A stretch of 64,000 nt of DNA. Source: the human T2T-CHM13v2.0 reference genome, Homo sapiens. Within the stretch, counting starts at the first letter, position 1, and the number at the start of each line of letters is the position of its first letter. The notes under the pieces are model-generated. The model was given only the letters and a program-made list of their open reading frames with translations, had not been told where the DNA came from and made no database searches. Where the stretch lies: assembly GCF_009914755.1 (NCBI RefSeq), contig NC_060927.1. One strand, written 5' to 3'. Made by a program: the position numbers and the translations under genes. This document shows, piece after piece, positions 45,013 to 61,880 of the stretch.

Positions 45013-46778
45013 AAGAAGTGGAACAGAAAGTCTCATTTAATCTGTTCCTTTGACTCCAGGGCCAATCTTTTAAAACCCTGAACAAATGTTCCCGAAATTT
45101 TCCTGATGTAAACTAAGAATCCCCCTGACATATTAATTCTGTAACTGTGAAGTAGGCCTGGGGATCTAAAGTATTTTAGGCAATGTTGAACGCATTGGCC
45201 AATGTTGCTATCTAGCTAATGAGTCTACTGCCAGGAAGATAATCCTAACACCCACTAGCACACCCAATCCACAAGGCTTTATGACCATCAATATAAGCAA
45301 GGCAAAATATAATAATTTCAAGATATGAACACATAAGTCATTTCTGGCTGACATTTGAGGGATGTTTACTTCATTAGGAACTAGTAAAGTTTATAACGGA
45401 ACACAGTATTTAAGAATACCTTTTCATATTTACAGAATTTTTATTTTGGATGTCCATTAGATATGCTAAAATTTATAATGTTTTTATATATACTTTACTC
45501 GATAACATCCTCACATCAATCCTATGTTGATGTCATTTAGTTCTCATTTTGCAGATGGGTGTAAAATATATTTGATTACTTTCAAATAGGAAGAAGAAAT
45601 AATTCACTGATTGTCCCCTTGGTTTCACTTGCCCAACAGAATTCAGAAAACCAGACCAAATAAGAACAAATCATATGTATTATTTATTGCAAATAAAACT
45701 GGAAGGGAAAGTCAAGCAGCACACTTTGGTGTGGCAATTATGAAAATGCATCCTTGGGTTCCAAGATGGCCGAATAGGAACAGCTCCAGTCTAAAGCTCC
45801 CAGCGTGAGTGACACAGAAGACGGGTGATTTCTGCATTTCCAACTGAGGTACCGGGTTCATCTCACTGGGGCTTGTGGGACAGTGGGTGCAGGACAGTGG
45901 GTGCAGTGCACTGAGAGTGAGCCGAAGCAGGGTGAGGCATCGCCTCACACAGGAAGCACAAGGGGTCAGGGAATTCCGTTTCCTAGCCAAGCGAAGCTGT
46001 GACAGACAGCACCTGGAAGATCAGGGCACTCCCACCCTAATACCGCACTTTTCCAATCATCTTAGCAAACGGCACACCAGGAGATTATGTCGCATGCCTG
46101 GCTTGGAGGGTTCCCCACCCACGGAGCCTCGCTCGTTGCTAGCACAGCAGTCTCAGATTGAACTGCAAGGCGGCAGCAAGGCTGGGGGAGGGATGCCCGC
46201 CATTGCTGAGGCTTGAGTAGGTGAACAAAGCGGCTGGGAAGCTTGAACTGGGTGGACCTCACCGCAGCTGAAGGAGGCCTGCCTGCCTCTGTAGACTGCA
46301 CCTCTGGAGGCAGGGCATAGCCGAACAAAAGGCAGCAGAAACCTCTGCAGACTTAAATGTCCCTGTCTGACAGCTTTGAAGAGAGTAGTGGTTCTCCCAG
46401 CACCGAGTTTGAGATCTGAGAATGGACAGACTGCCTCCTCAAGTGGGTCCGTGACCCCCGAGTAGCCTAACTGGGAGGAACCCCCCAGTAGGGGCAGACT
46501 GACACCTTACACGGCTGGGTACCCCTCTGAGATGAAACTTCCAGAGGAATGATCAGGCAGCAACATTTGCTGTTCAGCAATATTCACTGTTCTGCAGCCT
46601 CCGCTGCTGATACCCAGGCAAACACGGTCTGGAATGGACCTCCAGCAAACTCCAACAGACCTGCAGCTGAGGGTCCTGACTGTTAGAAGGAAAACTAACA
46701 AACAGAAAGGACATCCACAACAAAACTCCATCTGTACGTCACCATCATCAAAGACCAACGGTAGATAAAACCACAAAG

Positions 46779-47789
46779 ATGGGGAAAAAACAGAGCAGAA
46801 AAACTGAAAATTCTAAAAATCAGAGCGCCTCTCCTCCTCCAAAGGAATGCAGCTCCTCATCAGCAATGGAACAAAGCTGGATGGAGAATGACTTGGATGA
46901 GTTGAGAGAAGAAGGCTTCAGACTATCAAACTTCTCTGAGCTAAAGGAGAAAGTCTGAACTCATTGCAAAGAAGCTAAAAACCTTGAAAAAAAAATTAGA
47001 TGAATGGCTCACTAGAATAACCAGTGTAGAGAAGTCCTTAAATGACCTGATGGAGCTGAAAACCATGGCATGAGAACTATGCGGCAAATGCACAAGCTTC
47101 AGTAGCTGATTTCATCAACTAGAATAGAGGGTATCAGTGATTAAGATCAAATGAATGAAATGAAGTGAGAAGAGAAGTTTAGAGAAAAAAGAGTAAAAAC
47201 AATCAAAGCCTCCAAGAAATATGGGACTAGGTGAAAAGACCAAATGTACGTCTGATTGGTGTACCTGAAAGTGACGGGGAGAGGAACCAAGTTGAAAAAC
47301 ACTCTGCAGGATATTATCCAGGAGAACTTCCCCAACCCAGAAAGGCAGGCCAAAACTCAAATTCAGGAAATACAGAGAACACCACAAAGATACTCCTCGG
47401 GAAGAACAACTCCAAGACACATAATTGTAAGATTCACCAAAGTTGAAATGAGGGAAAAAATGCTAAGGGCAGACAGAGAGAAAGGTCAGGTTACCCACAA
47501 AGGGAAGCCCATCAGACTAACAGCGGATCTCTCGGCAGAAACTCTACAAGCCAGAAGAGAGTGGGGGCCAATATTCAACATTCTTAAAGAAAAGAATTTT
47601 CAACCCAGAATTTCATATCCAGCCAAACTAAGCTTCATAAGTGAAGGAGAAATAAAATCCTTTACAGACAAGCAAATGCTGAGAGATTTTGTCACCACCA
47701 GGCCTACCCTAAAAGAGCTCCTGAAGGAAGCACTAAACATGGGAAGGAATGACTGGTACCAGCCACTGCAAAAACATGCCAAATTGTAA
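46779..47789 (+). pseudogene. L1 ORF1p, disrupted
   Basis: MGKKQSRK start and ..YQPLQKHAKL end; internal stops and frameshifts. Confidence 0.95.
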
Positions 47790-47852
47790 AGACCATTGAG
47801 GCTAGGAAGAAACTGCATCAACTAACGAGCAAAATAACCAGCTAACATCATA

Positions 47853-51677
<3,825 letters not shown>

Positions 51678-52164
51678 ACAATGAGAACCCTTGGACACAG
51701 GATGGGGAACATCACATACCGGGGCCTGTTGTGGGGTTGGGGGAGGGGGGAGGGATAGCATTAGGAGATATATCTAATGTAAATGACGAGTTAATTGGTG
51801 CAGCACACCAACATGGCACATGTATAAATATGTAACAAACCTGCACGTTGTGCACATGTACCCTAGAACTTAAAGTATAATAAAAAGAAAAAAGAAAAAA
51901 AAGAAAATGCATCCTTGCTGATTATGGTAATCCACATTTGGTCCCTCCCACATTCACGCCCACATCCTCTCACCATGCTTAGCAAAGCCTGGACCAAACA
52001 GCACATTAAGGGCCCACTAATACAAATAGTCAGGTATTGCCAGATTATTTTATGCAAAGCTTTAGAAATCTGTGTTTAAAAATTAACAAATAACAAAAAC
52101 CTCCTTAGTTGAGAACCCCTGCTTTCAACAGTGTTAGCATCTCTGTTGAGAAGAATTAGCCATT

Positions 52165-52520
52165 ACAAGGTAAAAATATATATATATATTAAAATTAGAT
52201 ATATATATGTGATGTATATAATATACATATATATATTTGAGACAGTTTCAATCTATCCCCGAGGCTGTAGTGCACCGGCACAATCACAGCTCACTGCAGC
52301 CTCAACCTCTGGGCTCAAGTGATCCTCACAACTCAGCTTCCAGAATAGCTGGGACTATGGGTGCATGTCAGCAGCCTGGCTAATTGTTTTCAAATTTTTT
52401 GTAGAGAAGAAGGTCTCACAATGTTGCCCAGGCTGGTCTCGAACTCCTGACCTCAAGCAATCATCCCACCTTGGCCTCCCAAAGTGCTGGGATTGCAGGT
52501 GTGAGCCACAGTGTCTGGCT
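52165..52520 (-). mobile_element. AluJ with (TA)n-rich tail
   Basis: cagctcactgcagcctcaacctctgggctcaagtgatcc; TA tract 52165-52236. Confidence 0.88.
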
Positions 52521-53299
52521 TATATTTCTTATTTCATGAGAAAGAAACACTTAACATTGAAAAATTGGAAGGTAAATTTAAGTGTAAATATAAAATATGA
52601 GACTCATTCATGATCCCTCTACAAATAGGTAGCCCATGTTTATATTTTGGTGTATTTTGTTATTTTAGGCATAGAACATGATCTGTGCACAAAACTAAAA
52701 GAATAAAACATGGGAATTTGGGTTGATGTTGGTTTAATCCTTTTCAGTAGTGGAGAGAAGGATGTGTTTGATTGTTTACAGGTAGGAAAAGAAATATGTC
52801 AACCAAGTGTCCCTTTCTTTTAATTTGTGCCACAGAACAATGCATAGTTGTAATTAAAAATAAAAATTTTTATTGACATGTAATTCACATGCCATAAAAG
52901 TCACCATTTTTAAGTTTACAATTCAGGAAAAAAATTTTTTTAAACAGAAACAATAACTTGATTGTTTATTAACACCTTTTCATGTTGCTGTGTTCTACAA
53001 TATCAGTTTTAATGATTTTATAGTTTTCCATTGACAGTATTAAAATAATTTAATTTGTCTTCTATAGATATTTAAGTTGTGTCATGTTTTCACTACTACA
53101 TACAATATTTAAATCAATATCAGTGTAATGTTATCTTTCATGCCCATTTTTATTTCTATGTTATACATTCTACCACAGGGAATCTGTTTCAACAGGCATA
53201 TACATTTTTAACCTAAAGAAAAAATAAGTTAAATTCTTAGGTTTTATTTTCAAAATTGCCAAAGGCTTTTGAGAAAAAGGAGAGTACTAAATAAATGAT

Positions 53300-53335
53300 A
53301 CACACACACATACACACACACACACATTGATAGAT

Positions 53336-53385
<50 letters not shown>

Positions 53386-53403
53386 CAGATAGACAGACAG
53401 ACA
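53300..53403 (+). repeat. (CA)n plus compound (GATA)n(GACA)n STR
   Basis: About 12 GATA units followed by GACA/GATA mix. Confidence 0.96.
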
Positions 53404-53642
53404 TAACTGAAACTGAACAGATCCTAAAACTGTGAACTGATGTTGCCCAAGCTGGTCTGGAACTCCTGTGCTCTATATACTATAGAGGGTAGGATCTTAT
53501 AATATCCAGTACTACCTTGGGGCCAAGTATTTGATAAGACAGAGTATGAAGTCAGGAATATCTGAACGAATCTAAATTTTGGCTCTTCCACTAACTAGTT
53601 GCCTGATTTGGAACACATTCCAATTTTCTCATGTATAATATG

Positions 53643-54040
53643 TGCTATGGTTTGGATGTGGTTTGTGTCTGCCAAAACTTATGTTGAAATTTAATTGGCA
53701 GTATGCTGGTCTTGGGAGGTGGTGCCTTTCAGAAGTGATTAGGTCGTTAAAATAGATCAATGTATTTTCCACAAGACTGGTTAGTTCTTGCAGGAATGGA
53801 ATAGTTCCAGAAAAAGTGGGTTGTTACTAAGCAGGTTGTTACACACTCCCCTTCTCCTTTAGCTCCTCCACCACATTGTGTGACAGCACAAGGTCCCTGC
53901 CAGAAGCTGAACACATGTTGTTCCATGCTTCTTAGCCTTCCCAGACTTCAGAATTGTGACCCACGTAAATATCTTTTCTTTAGAAATTACATGAACTCAT
54001 GTATTCTCATGTATTCTGTTAGGGCAACACAAAGACAACA
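53643..54040 (+). mobile_element. MST-type MaLR LTR
   Basis: tgctatggtttggatgtggtttgt..atgttgaaattt..ccagacttcagaattgtga..gtattctgttagggcaacacaaa. Confidence 0.82.
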
Positions 54041-54192
54041 TCAATATCAAACAAAGCCATTTCTGAAACACATTAAGTACTCTAAAAGTGATGCTTGTTT
54101 TTTTTACATTTTAGTAATAATAATCATTAGCACATTATTATTAATGTTATTTAACTATATGCTTTCCAAATATAAAGTTATATTCTGTAAGG

Positions 54193-54216
54193 ATATATAT
54201 ACATATATATACACAC

Positions 54217-54291
<75 letters not shown>

Positions 54292-54569
54292 GTCAGTGTC
54301 TAGCTCTGTCGCCCAGGCTGGAGGGCAGTGGTGCGATCTCAGCTTCCTGTAACCTCCGCCTCCCAGGCTCAAGCAATCCTCCCACATCAGCCTCCCAGGT
54401 AGCTGGGACTACAGGTGTGCACCACGATGCCCAGCTAATTTTGTATTTTTTTGTAGAGACAGTTTTGCCATGTTGCCTAAGCTTGTCTGGAACTCCTGAG
54501 CTCAAGCAATCCCCCCGCCTCGGCCTCACAAAGTGCTGGGATTACAGGCCTGAGTCACTAAACCTGGCC
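54193..54569 (-). mobile_element. AluJ with (TA)n(CA)n(TA)n microsatellite at its tail
   Basis: Reverse-complement dimer 54274-54569; microsatellite 54193-54273. Confidence 0.92.
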
Positions 54570-55029
54570 TATAAGGATATTCTTATATGGTGTTTAGCAT
54601 GAAGAAATTCTTGGAACAAATCCATCTACTTTGTTACATTATTTTCTATGGGCCAGTCTTTCAAGTTACTAATGTAATTTTTGTGAGTGAACTATTAGGG
54701 GGTGATTATTAGGAAATGAAAAAAAATTTAAACATGGCTTGATACCTTTAATATGATTCAAAAGACATAATTTCTAAAGCAGAAGCAGAAAGCCAAATGA
54801 GATAATAGATTATGATATGAAAATGCAACTTCATAAGATGAAAAGGAAGGTCCTTGTAAGAAGAAATACTTGCAAGAAAACTAAAAACATATAAACGGAC
54901 TTAAGACACCATTGGAGTCAGGTTTGAACAGAGTTATTAATGCTGCAAACTAAGTCAATGATATAGAGACATATGGCAGCCAATAATATATTTAATTTTT
55001 TAATTGATGTTTATAATGAAATTGACCTT

Positions 55030-58000
55030 TAATTCAATTATCTTAGACTGTTCTTATCTCAGTTTGGTACTAGAGCTATAGTGACCTCATCAAATAAATT
55101 AATAAACATTCCATCTTCTTCTATATTCAGAAACAACTCATTAAGACAGGGTCCTGGAATTTTGGCAGTGATCATTTGTGAAGCCATCTGAGCTTAATGA
55201 TTTTTCAATAAAGGAATTTTAGAATATCACTGCAGTGTCTTCAACAGCTTGGGATCTGTTCAAGATTTTATTTATTTTGGATCTTAAAGTGGAATTTAAT
55301 ACTTTTTTTAGAAAGTTGTATATTTATCTTAGATGTTAAAATTTGTGGCTGTACAATTATTCATAATATTTTAAATTTTAAATCTATATATGTTTTATTT
55401 TCTTTCTGTTCTTTGTGTTCTTTTCTTTCTTTTTCCTTGTTTAGTCATGTCAGAGATTTGTCTATTATATAGTATGCATAACCATTTATTCTTTTTGTGT
55501 TATTATAAGCTATGACATTAGGTTTTGACTTTATTGTTTTAAAATGTTTTATTTAACCTTATTTTTTGCTTTCTTTTATATTGTTTTTCGATTGTTTCCC
55601 TATTGTTTTTCTTTTGATATTAGAAACTGACAATTTAATGCATTTTACGACTGAAAATTAAGTCTCAGACTTTCTTCTTTACTGTAAAATGTAGTCAGAA
55701 CGACTATTACCACTCACAGGTGCTACTAATTTAGCCATATTCCTTACTTATCTAGTCTGTGTCTTCATTCAGCCTTAAATAAGTTGTGATTTCTCTCTTC
55801 AAGGATCATTTTATAATATCATTTTTTTCTATTTTCATATCTAATTTTAGCTATCCTTTTGTTGTTTTTTAATCTCACTGCAATTTGGTAAAAGAACATA
55901 ATCAATGGTGGTGGTTTATTTGTAGCTGTTTTGTGCCACGTTGGAGTCTTTCAAATTTACTCAGGCTTTCCTTGTGGCCCAGTACACGCCTGACATTTTG
56001 TGAATGGGCCATGAATATTAAAAACATAATGCGTTGACTGGGCGAGCTGGCTCACGCCTGTAATCGCAGCGCTTTGGGAGGCCCAGGCAGGCAGATCACT
56101 TGCGGTCAGGAGCTAGACACCAGCCTGGCCTACCAAATGGTGAAACCCCGTCTCTATTAAAAATACAGAAATTAGCTGGACAGGGTGGTGGGCACCTGTA
56201 ATCCCAGCTACTCAGGAGGCTGAGGCAGGAGAATCGCTTGAACCCGGGAGAAGGAGGTTGCATGAATCGAGATGGCACCACTGCACTGCAGCCTGGGTGG
56301 CAGAGTGAGACTCCTCCATTAAAAAAAAAAAAATACCCATAATGTGTTTTGTCTGTTGTATCTATCTATCTATCTGATTTACCTACCAACCAATAGCGCT
56401 AGCTCCATATTAGATAATATAATTTGTCATGTTATTCATATTTTCTGTCTTTGCATATTTCTGTCTAGTCAGGTTCCAAGTGGGGTGTACTGAAATATAG
56501 AACTGTAATTATGAATGCATGTTGTTCTCAATGTATTTATATAACTTGATGTTTTATATATTTGAGACTATGTTGAATGATCATAGTGACGTGCTGGATC
56601 AAGTTTATACTATTAATAGCTCACAAGAGCCAATTGTTTATTTTCAGGAATTTTATGAGCCAGTTGTTACACATAATAATTTTTAAAAATTAAATTATAT
56701 TAATTTATGATTAAGTACAGTATAGTAAAAACAAAGGTAATACCAAAATCCATACTTCCTATTTTACTACATTTACAAAGAAAAAAAGATATTTTTACAA
56801 TTCACAGGTCTGCCAGACACCAGCTTATTCAAATGATCAAGCACAGCATCACCAACAGTAGAACAAACTAACCTTAGGTGTCTCTCTAGTGGTGCAATGA
56901 GACTAACTGACAACGCCTTGGTAGAAGCATCTGTGTGTCTAAAATCAATCTTATCTAGAGAAAAGAGATAGATATGAACTGTTACACTATAGACTACCAG
57001 ACAAACCTATCCTAAAAAATATGAGGTAGTAACTTCCTGTGGTTTTATTTTCCACCACCCTATTGACTAATGATGCTGAGCTCCCTTGTTTTGTGAGGTT
57101 ACTGGCCATTCATATATCTTCTTTTTTGAACCATTTGTTTACATTATTTTCTCATTTTTAATGGGTTGTTCCTTTTCCTATTGCTGATTTGAAGGAGTTC
57201 CTTAGTCAGAGGTATGCGTACTTCTTTGTCAGATGAACCAGAGTGGAGTGCTTTGTTGGTTATATGTATTAGAAATATTTTTCCCCAGTCTGTGGCTTGC
57301 CTATCCATTTTTGTCATATGTCTTTCGATGAGAAGATCTTATGCTCCTAGAACATGCTCCCGCTGGTCCTTGATTCAGACTCAGTGTATAATTTCTGTGT
57401 CCCAGGCTCCAAACCAGCCCTTTCTCTACAAGGTTTGACTCCTTCCCACCCCCAAAGATAATGCTATTAGAACCCATGTTCTGGAAACTAGATGTTCTTG
57501 TTACAATTTCATTTAATCCTTTCAGTGTAAAGAAGTAGAAAATGTTTAAAGTTTAGAAATCGTGAATTTATGTTATCACTGCTAATTCTATTGCAATAAC
57601 ACAGAGATTTTCCTCCCCTTCCTTAATTCTATATTGGCATCTCTTTTCTCTCATTGAGAACATTGGCTCCAAAATACAACAGTATATTTATTCATTTATT
57701 CTATCATTTAATTCATACAAAATACTTTCAGAATTAATATATTCATTCTCTCTACCAACAAAAAACCTGCTGTATAAAGTTTAAACTTTCTTTCTAATTA
57801 ATTTTGAGACTGAATTCTGATCAAGTATAACCTGAAACCTTCTTTTATTCTGGTGTTTGTATTATACATATATATTAATTTGTTTTTCATCGTATTCAAT
57901 TTCAGGAGTTTCTTTTTTGCATTTGCCTTAAATTTATTTTGTTTTTGAATATGTGAAACATCTATGTGGTTCCCAAGTCAATACAATATAAAAAGGTAAA

Positions 58001-58440
58001 CTGAGAGCCTCATTTGCCTTCTACATTCCTCCCACTGACCCATCTACAAGTACCTATTTAAATTAGTTTTTGTGTTGTTATTTGTGTTTCTTAATAAATT
58101 TTTTTAAGTGTGCATAGGTACATGCATAACACACATAAAATAAATCTGATTATGCATATGATAATCTGAAGCTCCTCTCTTTTTTCTATGGAAGGTTTAC
58201 TCTATATACCTTTTTACACTGTAATCTTGCTTTGTTATTTGATATTATATAGTGGAAATCACTCTTTATCAGTTCATAAAGATCATATATACTCTTTATT
58301 TTTTAATGCCTACACAGTACTGTACTGTGTGGGTATACCATAGTTTACTCACCTTGAACGACATGTAGATTTTTCCAGTGTTTTATTACCAAAAATAGTG
58401 CTGCAATGAATAACCCTGTAGGAATGTTGCTTTGTTTCTG
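55030..58440 (-). mobile_element. Several old L1M fragments, with a possible MER63-like piece at ~56620-56780
   Basis: T-rich antisense L1 signatures (ttttccaccaccctattgactaatgatgctgag; ccatagtttactc..gctgcaatgaataaccc). Confidence 0.6.
56037..56333 (+). mobile_element. AluS
   Basis: Dimer plus A-tail; flanking cataatg(c/t)gtt. Confidence 0.93.
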
Positions 58441-59124
58441 TGCATTTTTTAATACTGATAAATCTTTACTTTAAAAAATGGCCTTATCACTACTCTCAAG
58501 AGCCCACAATATTTCAAAAATTACCTCATTGATATACATACATTCAACATTGCCTATTAGAACAAATTAATTGGCATACTCCTTTGAAATCTGTCTAAAG
58601 TAAATAAAGATATATGATGTGAATAAAACTAGTCATCATACTAGAACGTGATTTGCTATTTACTTTGTTACATATGCAGACAAATTTTCATGTGAGAATA
58701 TTATTCCAGCCACACCTAACTCTTGTTTTTATGATTTTTCTGGGAAAAATATGGTCCAAATTCTAACAGTATCTTTTTAAAAATATCTTTTAGACATGTT
58801 TAATGCTAATTTGCAGTTTCTTGTGTATAATTAATTACCAGGGGATCCATAAACATGGCTGTATACAGAAATCAAACAAAACCTTAAAAAAAAATACAAA
58901 TTCCTGAGTCTCATTAAAGTATGCAGAATCGGACCACCTAGGTCTGTGGATTGAGCAGTTCATTTATACCACATTTGGTAACTCCTATGTGGTAAATATA
59001 GGGAAAGGGACTAGAAAATTAGATAAATTGTCACAGGCAGAGGTGGTCATAGAATCTTCCTAGACATGGTGACCTTTGGTTGGGTTTTGAAAGCAGAGAA
59101 ATGAAGCAGGGGAATATGCTTCTT

Positions 59125-59635
59125 TTTAAATATGTCCACAAATTTTTCTACCTCTTCCCCATTCAAAAGTGGAGTCTAATTCACACTCCACTTACGTGGA
59201 GTTTTATTTAGCCACTTGCTTCTAGTGAGTAGAGTATGGAAGAATTAATGGAATTAGTCTTCCAACAGTAGATCGTAAAATGCCCTGCAGCCTTTCAGCC
59301 TTTTAGATTATTCACTAAAGGGAAAGTAGGCTGTCTTGTGGGATCCTGTGGAGAAACCAATATGATAGGAGCTGAAGACTTGTCAAGAGCCGGAGGAACT
59401 AAGGCTTCCTTTCTACAACTATGTTGGTGAGCCAGTGAGGAGGTGGAACCTTCAGCCCAGGCGAGCCTTTAAATAACTGAAGATGCAGATGACATCTGGA
59501 CTGCAACATCATGAGAGACCTTGAGCCAGCTGTTCTCATGACTGGCCCACAAGAAAATAAGATTAAGACAATGTGATGTTTTAAGGTGCTAAGTATTTGG
59601 GTAATTTGTTATGCAGCAATAGAAAACTAATGCAG
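59125..59635 (+). mobile_element. MLT1F-like LTR
   Basis: gtggagtctaattc..ctgcaacatcatgagagaccttgagccag..gggtaatttgttatgcagcaatagaaaactaatgca. Confidence 0.82.
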
Positions 59636-59727
59636 ACAGTCAACAGGGTTTTCAGTATGTGGGGAGTTTGAGAGAATGGATGTCATGTAAGACAAAGGAA
59701 GAATATATTATATATAACTCCTATAAT

Positions 59728-60432
59728 TATTCACAACATTTCTGACATCAAATGTATGGGTTTTCTACACCAAGTAATTCTCCAATTCCCTGCTGTCACC
59801 AAGTGGGTATCCTACAATTTAATTAAATTCTGACACTATCCAGAGTCAGTGCTGACACCAAAGGTAAAGAGATCAGTCCCACAAGACTGCCCTCCACTTC
59901 AGATGCCAGTCACAAATAGTGGGTCACCAGGTTACCCACACTTCTGTCTACCTTGCCTACAAATCAGAGGTTCCCATTACCTCCTCCTCGGGTTCAATAA
60001 TTTGCTATAGTAGTAGCTCCCAGGAAGGTGGTTACTGGTTTATCATAAAGGATAGAAATTAACAGCCAGATGAAGAGCTCCATAGGGCAAGGTCTGGAAG
60101 GGTCCTGAGTTCAGGAGCTTCTGTCCAGTATGATTTGAGATGTGCTACCCTCTAGGCATGTGGATGTGTTCGTGAACTAGAAAACTCTCTGAACATTTTT
60201 ATTTAGGAGTTTTATGGAGGTTTCATTACATAGGCACAATTGACTAAATCATCGGCCATTGGTGATTGAATTCAATCTCCAGCCTCTCTCTCATTCCCAA
60301 AGGTTAAGGATTAGGGCTGAAAATTCCAAGCTTCTCATCACTTGGTTGGTTCCTCTGGCAAACATTCCTCATCCTGAAGCAATCTAGGAGCCCCATCAAG
60401 AGTCATCTCATTAGCATGAACTCAAATATCAC
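59728..60432 (-). mobile_element. MER21-family LTR (antisense)
   Basis: caacatttctgacatcaaatgt..cagtcccacaagactgccc..gagtcatctcattagcat..atatcaca. Confidence 0.82.
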
Positions 60433-60611
60433 AATGTCGTAATATACAAACATAACACTTTAGTAAATGAGAATAGAGCATTAAAGTTAAATGACAACAA
60501 ATATTGAACTAGTGACATAATATATGAAGTCTAACAGAGTCTAAAATTTTTTGACATTTGTGCTCTTTGATTATATAAGTACCTACATAATGTCTTCAAT
60601 TTTGTCTCTTT

Positions 60612-61880
60612 AAATTTTTTTTTTATTTTATTAGCTTTTGGGTTACAAGTGTTTTTTTTTTTTTTTTTCTCCACAGATGAATTGTATAGTGGTGAAGTCT
60701 GAGAATTTAGTGCACCCTTCACCTGAGTAGTGTACGTTGTACCCAATACATAGTTTTGTATCCTTTGCCTCCCTCCCATCCTCTGTTTTCTGAGTCTCCA
60801 TAGTCCATTATATCACTCTTTATGCCTTTGAATACCAATAGCTTAGCTCCCACTTATAAGTGAGAGCATATCATATTTGGCTTTTCATTCCTGAGTTACT
60901 TCATTTAGAATAATGGCCTCCAGATCTGCCCAAGTTGCTCCAAAAGACATTATTTCATTTTTTTATGGCTGAGTATTTCATGGTGTATATATACAAAATT
61001 TTCTTTATCTACTCATTAGTCAATGGGCACATAGGTTGGTTCCATATCTTTGCAATTGTGACTTGTGTTGCAATAAGCATACGCATGCAGGGGTCTTTTT
61101 GATATAATGATTTATTTTCCTTTGGGTAGATACCCAGTAGTGGGATTGCTGGAGCAAGTGGTAGATCTACTTTTAGTTCTTTAAGAAGTCTCCATACTGC
61201 TTTCCACTGAGGTTGTACTAATTTACATTCTCACCAGCCGTGTATAAGCATTCCCTTTTCACCACATCCAAGCCAACATATATTATTTTTTGACTTTTTA
61301 ATAATGTCCGTTCTTGTAGGGGCAAGGTGGTATCTCATTGTGCTCATCAGCCTGACAGCTTGTGATATTGAGCATTGTCTCGTATGTTTTTGGCCATTTT
61401 TATATCTTATTTTGAGAAGTATCTGTTCATGTCATTTGCCTACTGTTTGATGGGAATATTTGTTTTTCTGTTGCTAATATATCTGAGTTCATTGCAGATT
61501 CTGGATATTAGTCCTTCGTCAGATGCATAGTTTGCAAATATTTTCTCTCATTCAGTGGGTTGTCTGTTTACTCTGATGATTATTTCTTTTGCTGTACAAA
61601 AGCTTTTTAGTTTAATTAGGTCCCACTTATTTATTTCTGTTTTTGTTGCATTTGCTTTCAGGGTTTAAGTCATTAATTCTTTGCCCAGGACAATATCCAG
61701 AAGAGTTTTTCTAGGTTATTTTCAATAATTTTTATGGCGTTAGGGCTTAGATTTAAGTGTTTTATCCTCCTAGAGTTGATTTTCTTATGAGGTGAGAGAT
61801 AGGGATCCAGTTTCATTCTTCAGTTGGCTAGCCAAGTTTCCCAGTATCATTTATTAAATAGGGTGTCCTTTCCCGTTTGT
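60612..61880 (-). mobile_element. L1PB 3' fragment
   Basis: gatgaattgtatagtggtgaagtctgaga..gcttagctcccacttataagtgaga..antisense ORF2 to agggtgtcctttcc. Confidence 0.92.

Noticed and set aside
53880-54602. 240-aa ORF
   Set aside because: Read-through of MST LTR, AT-rich spacer, TA/CA microsatellite and antisense Alu; not a gene.
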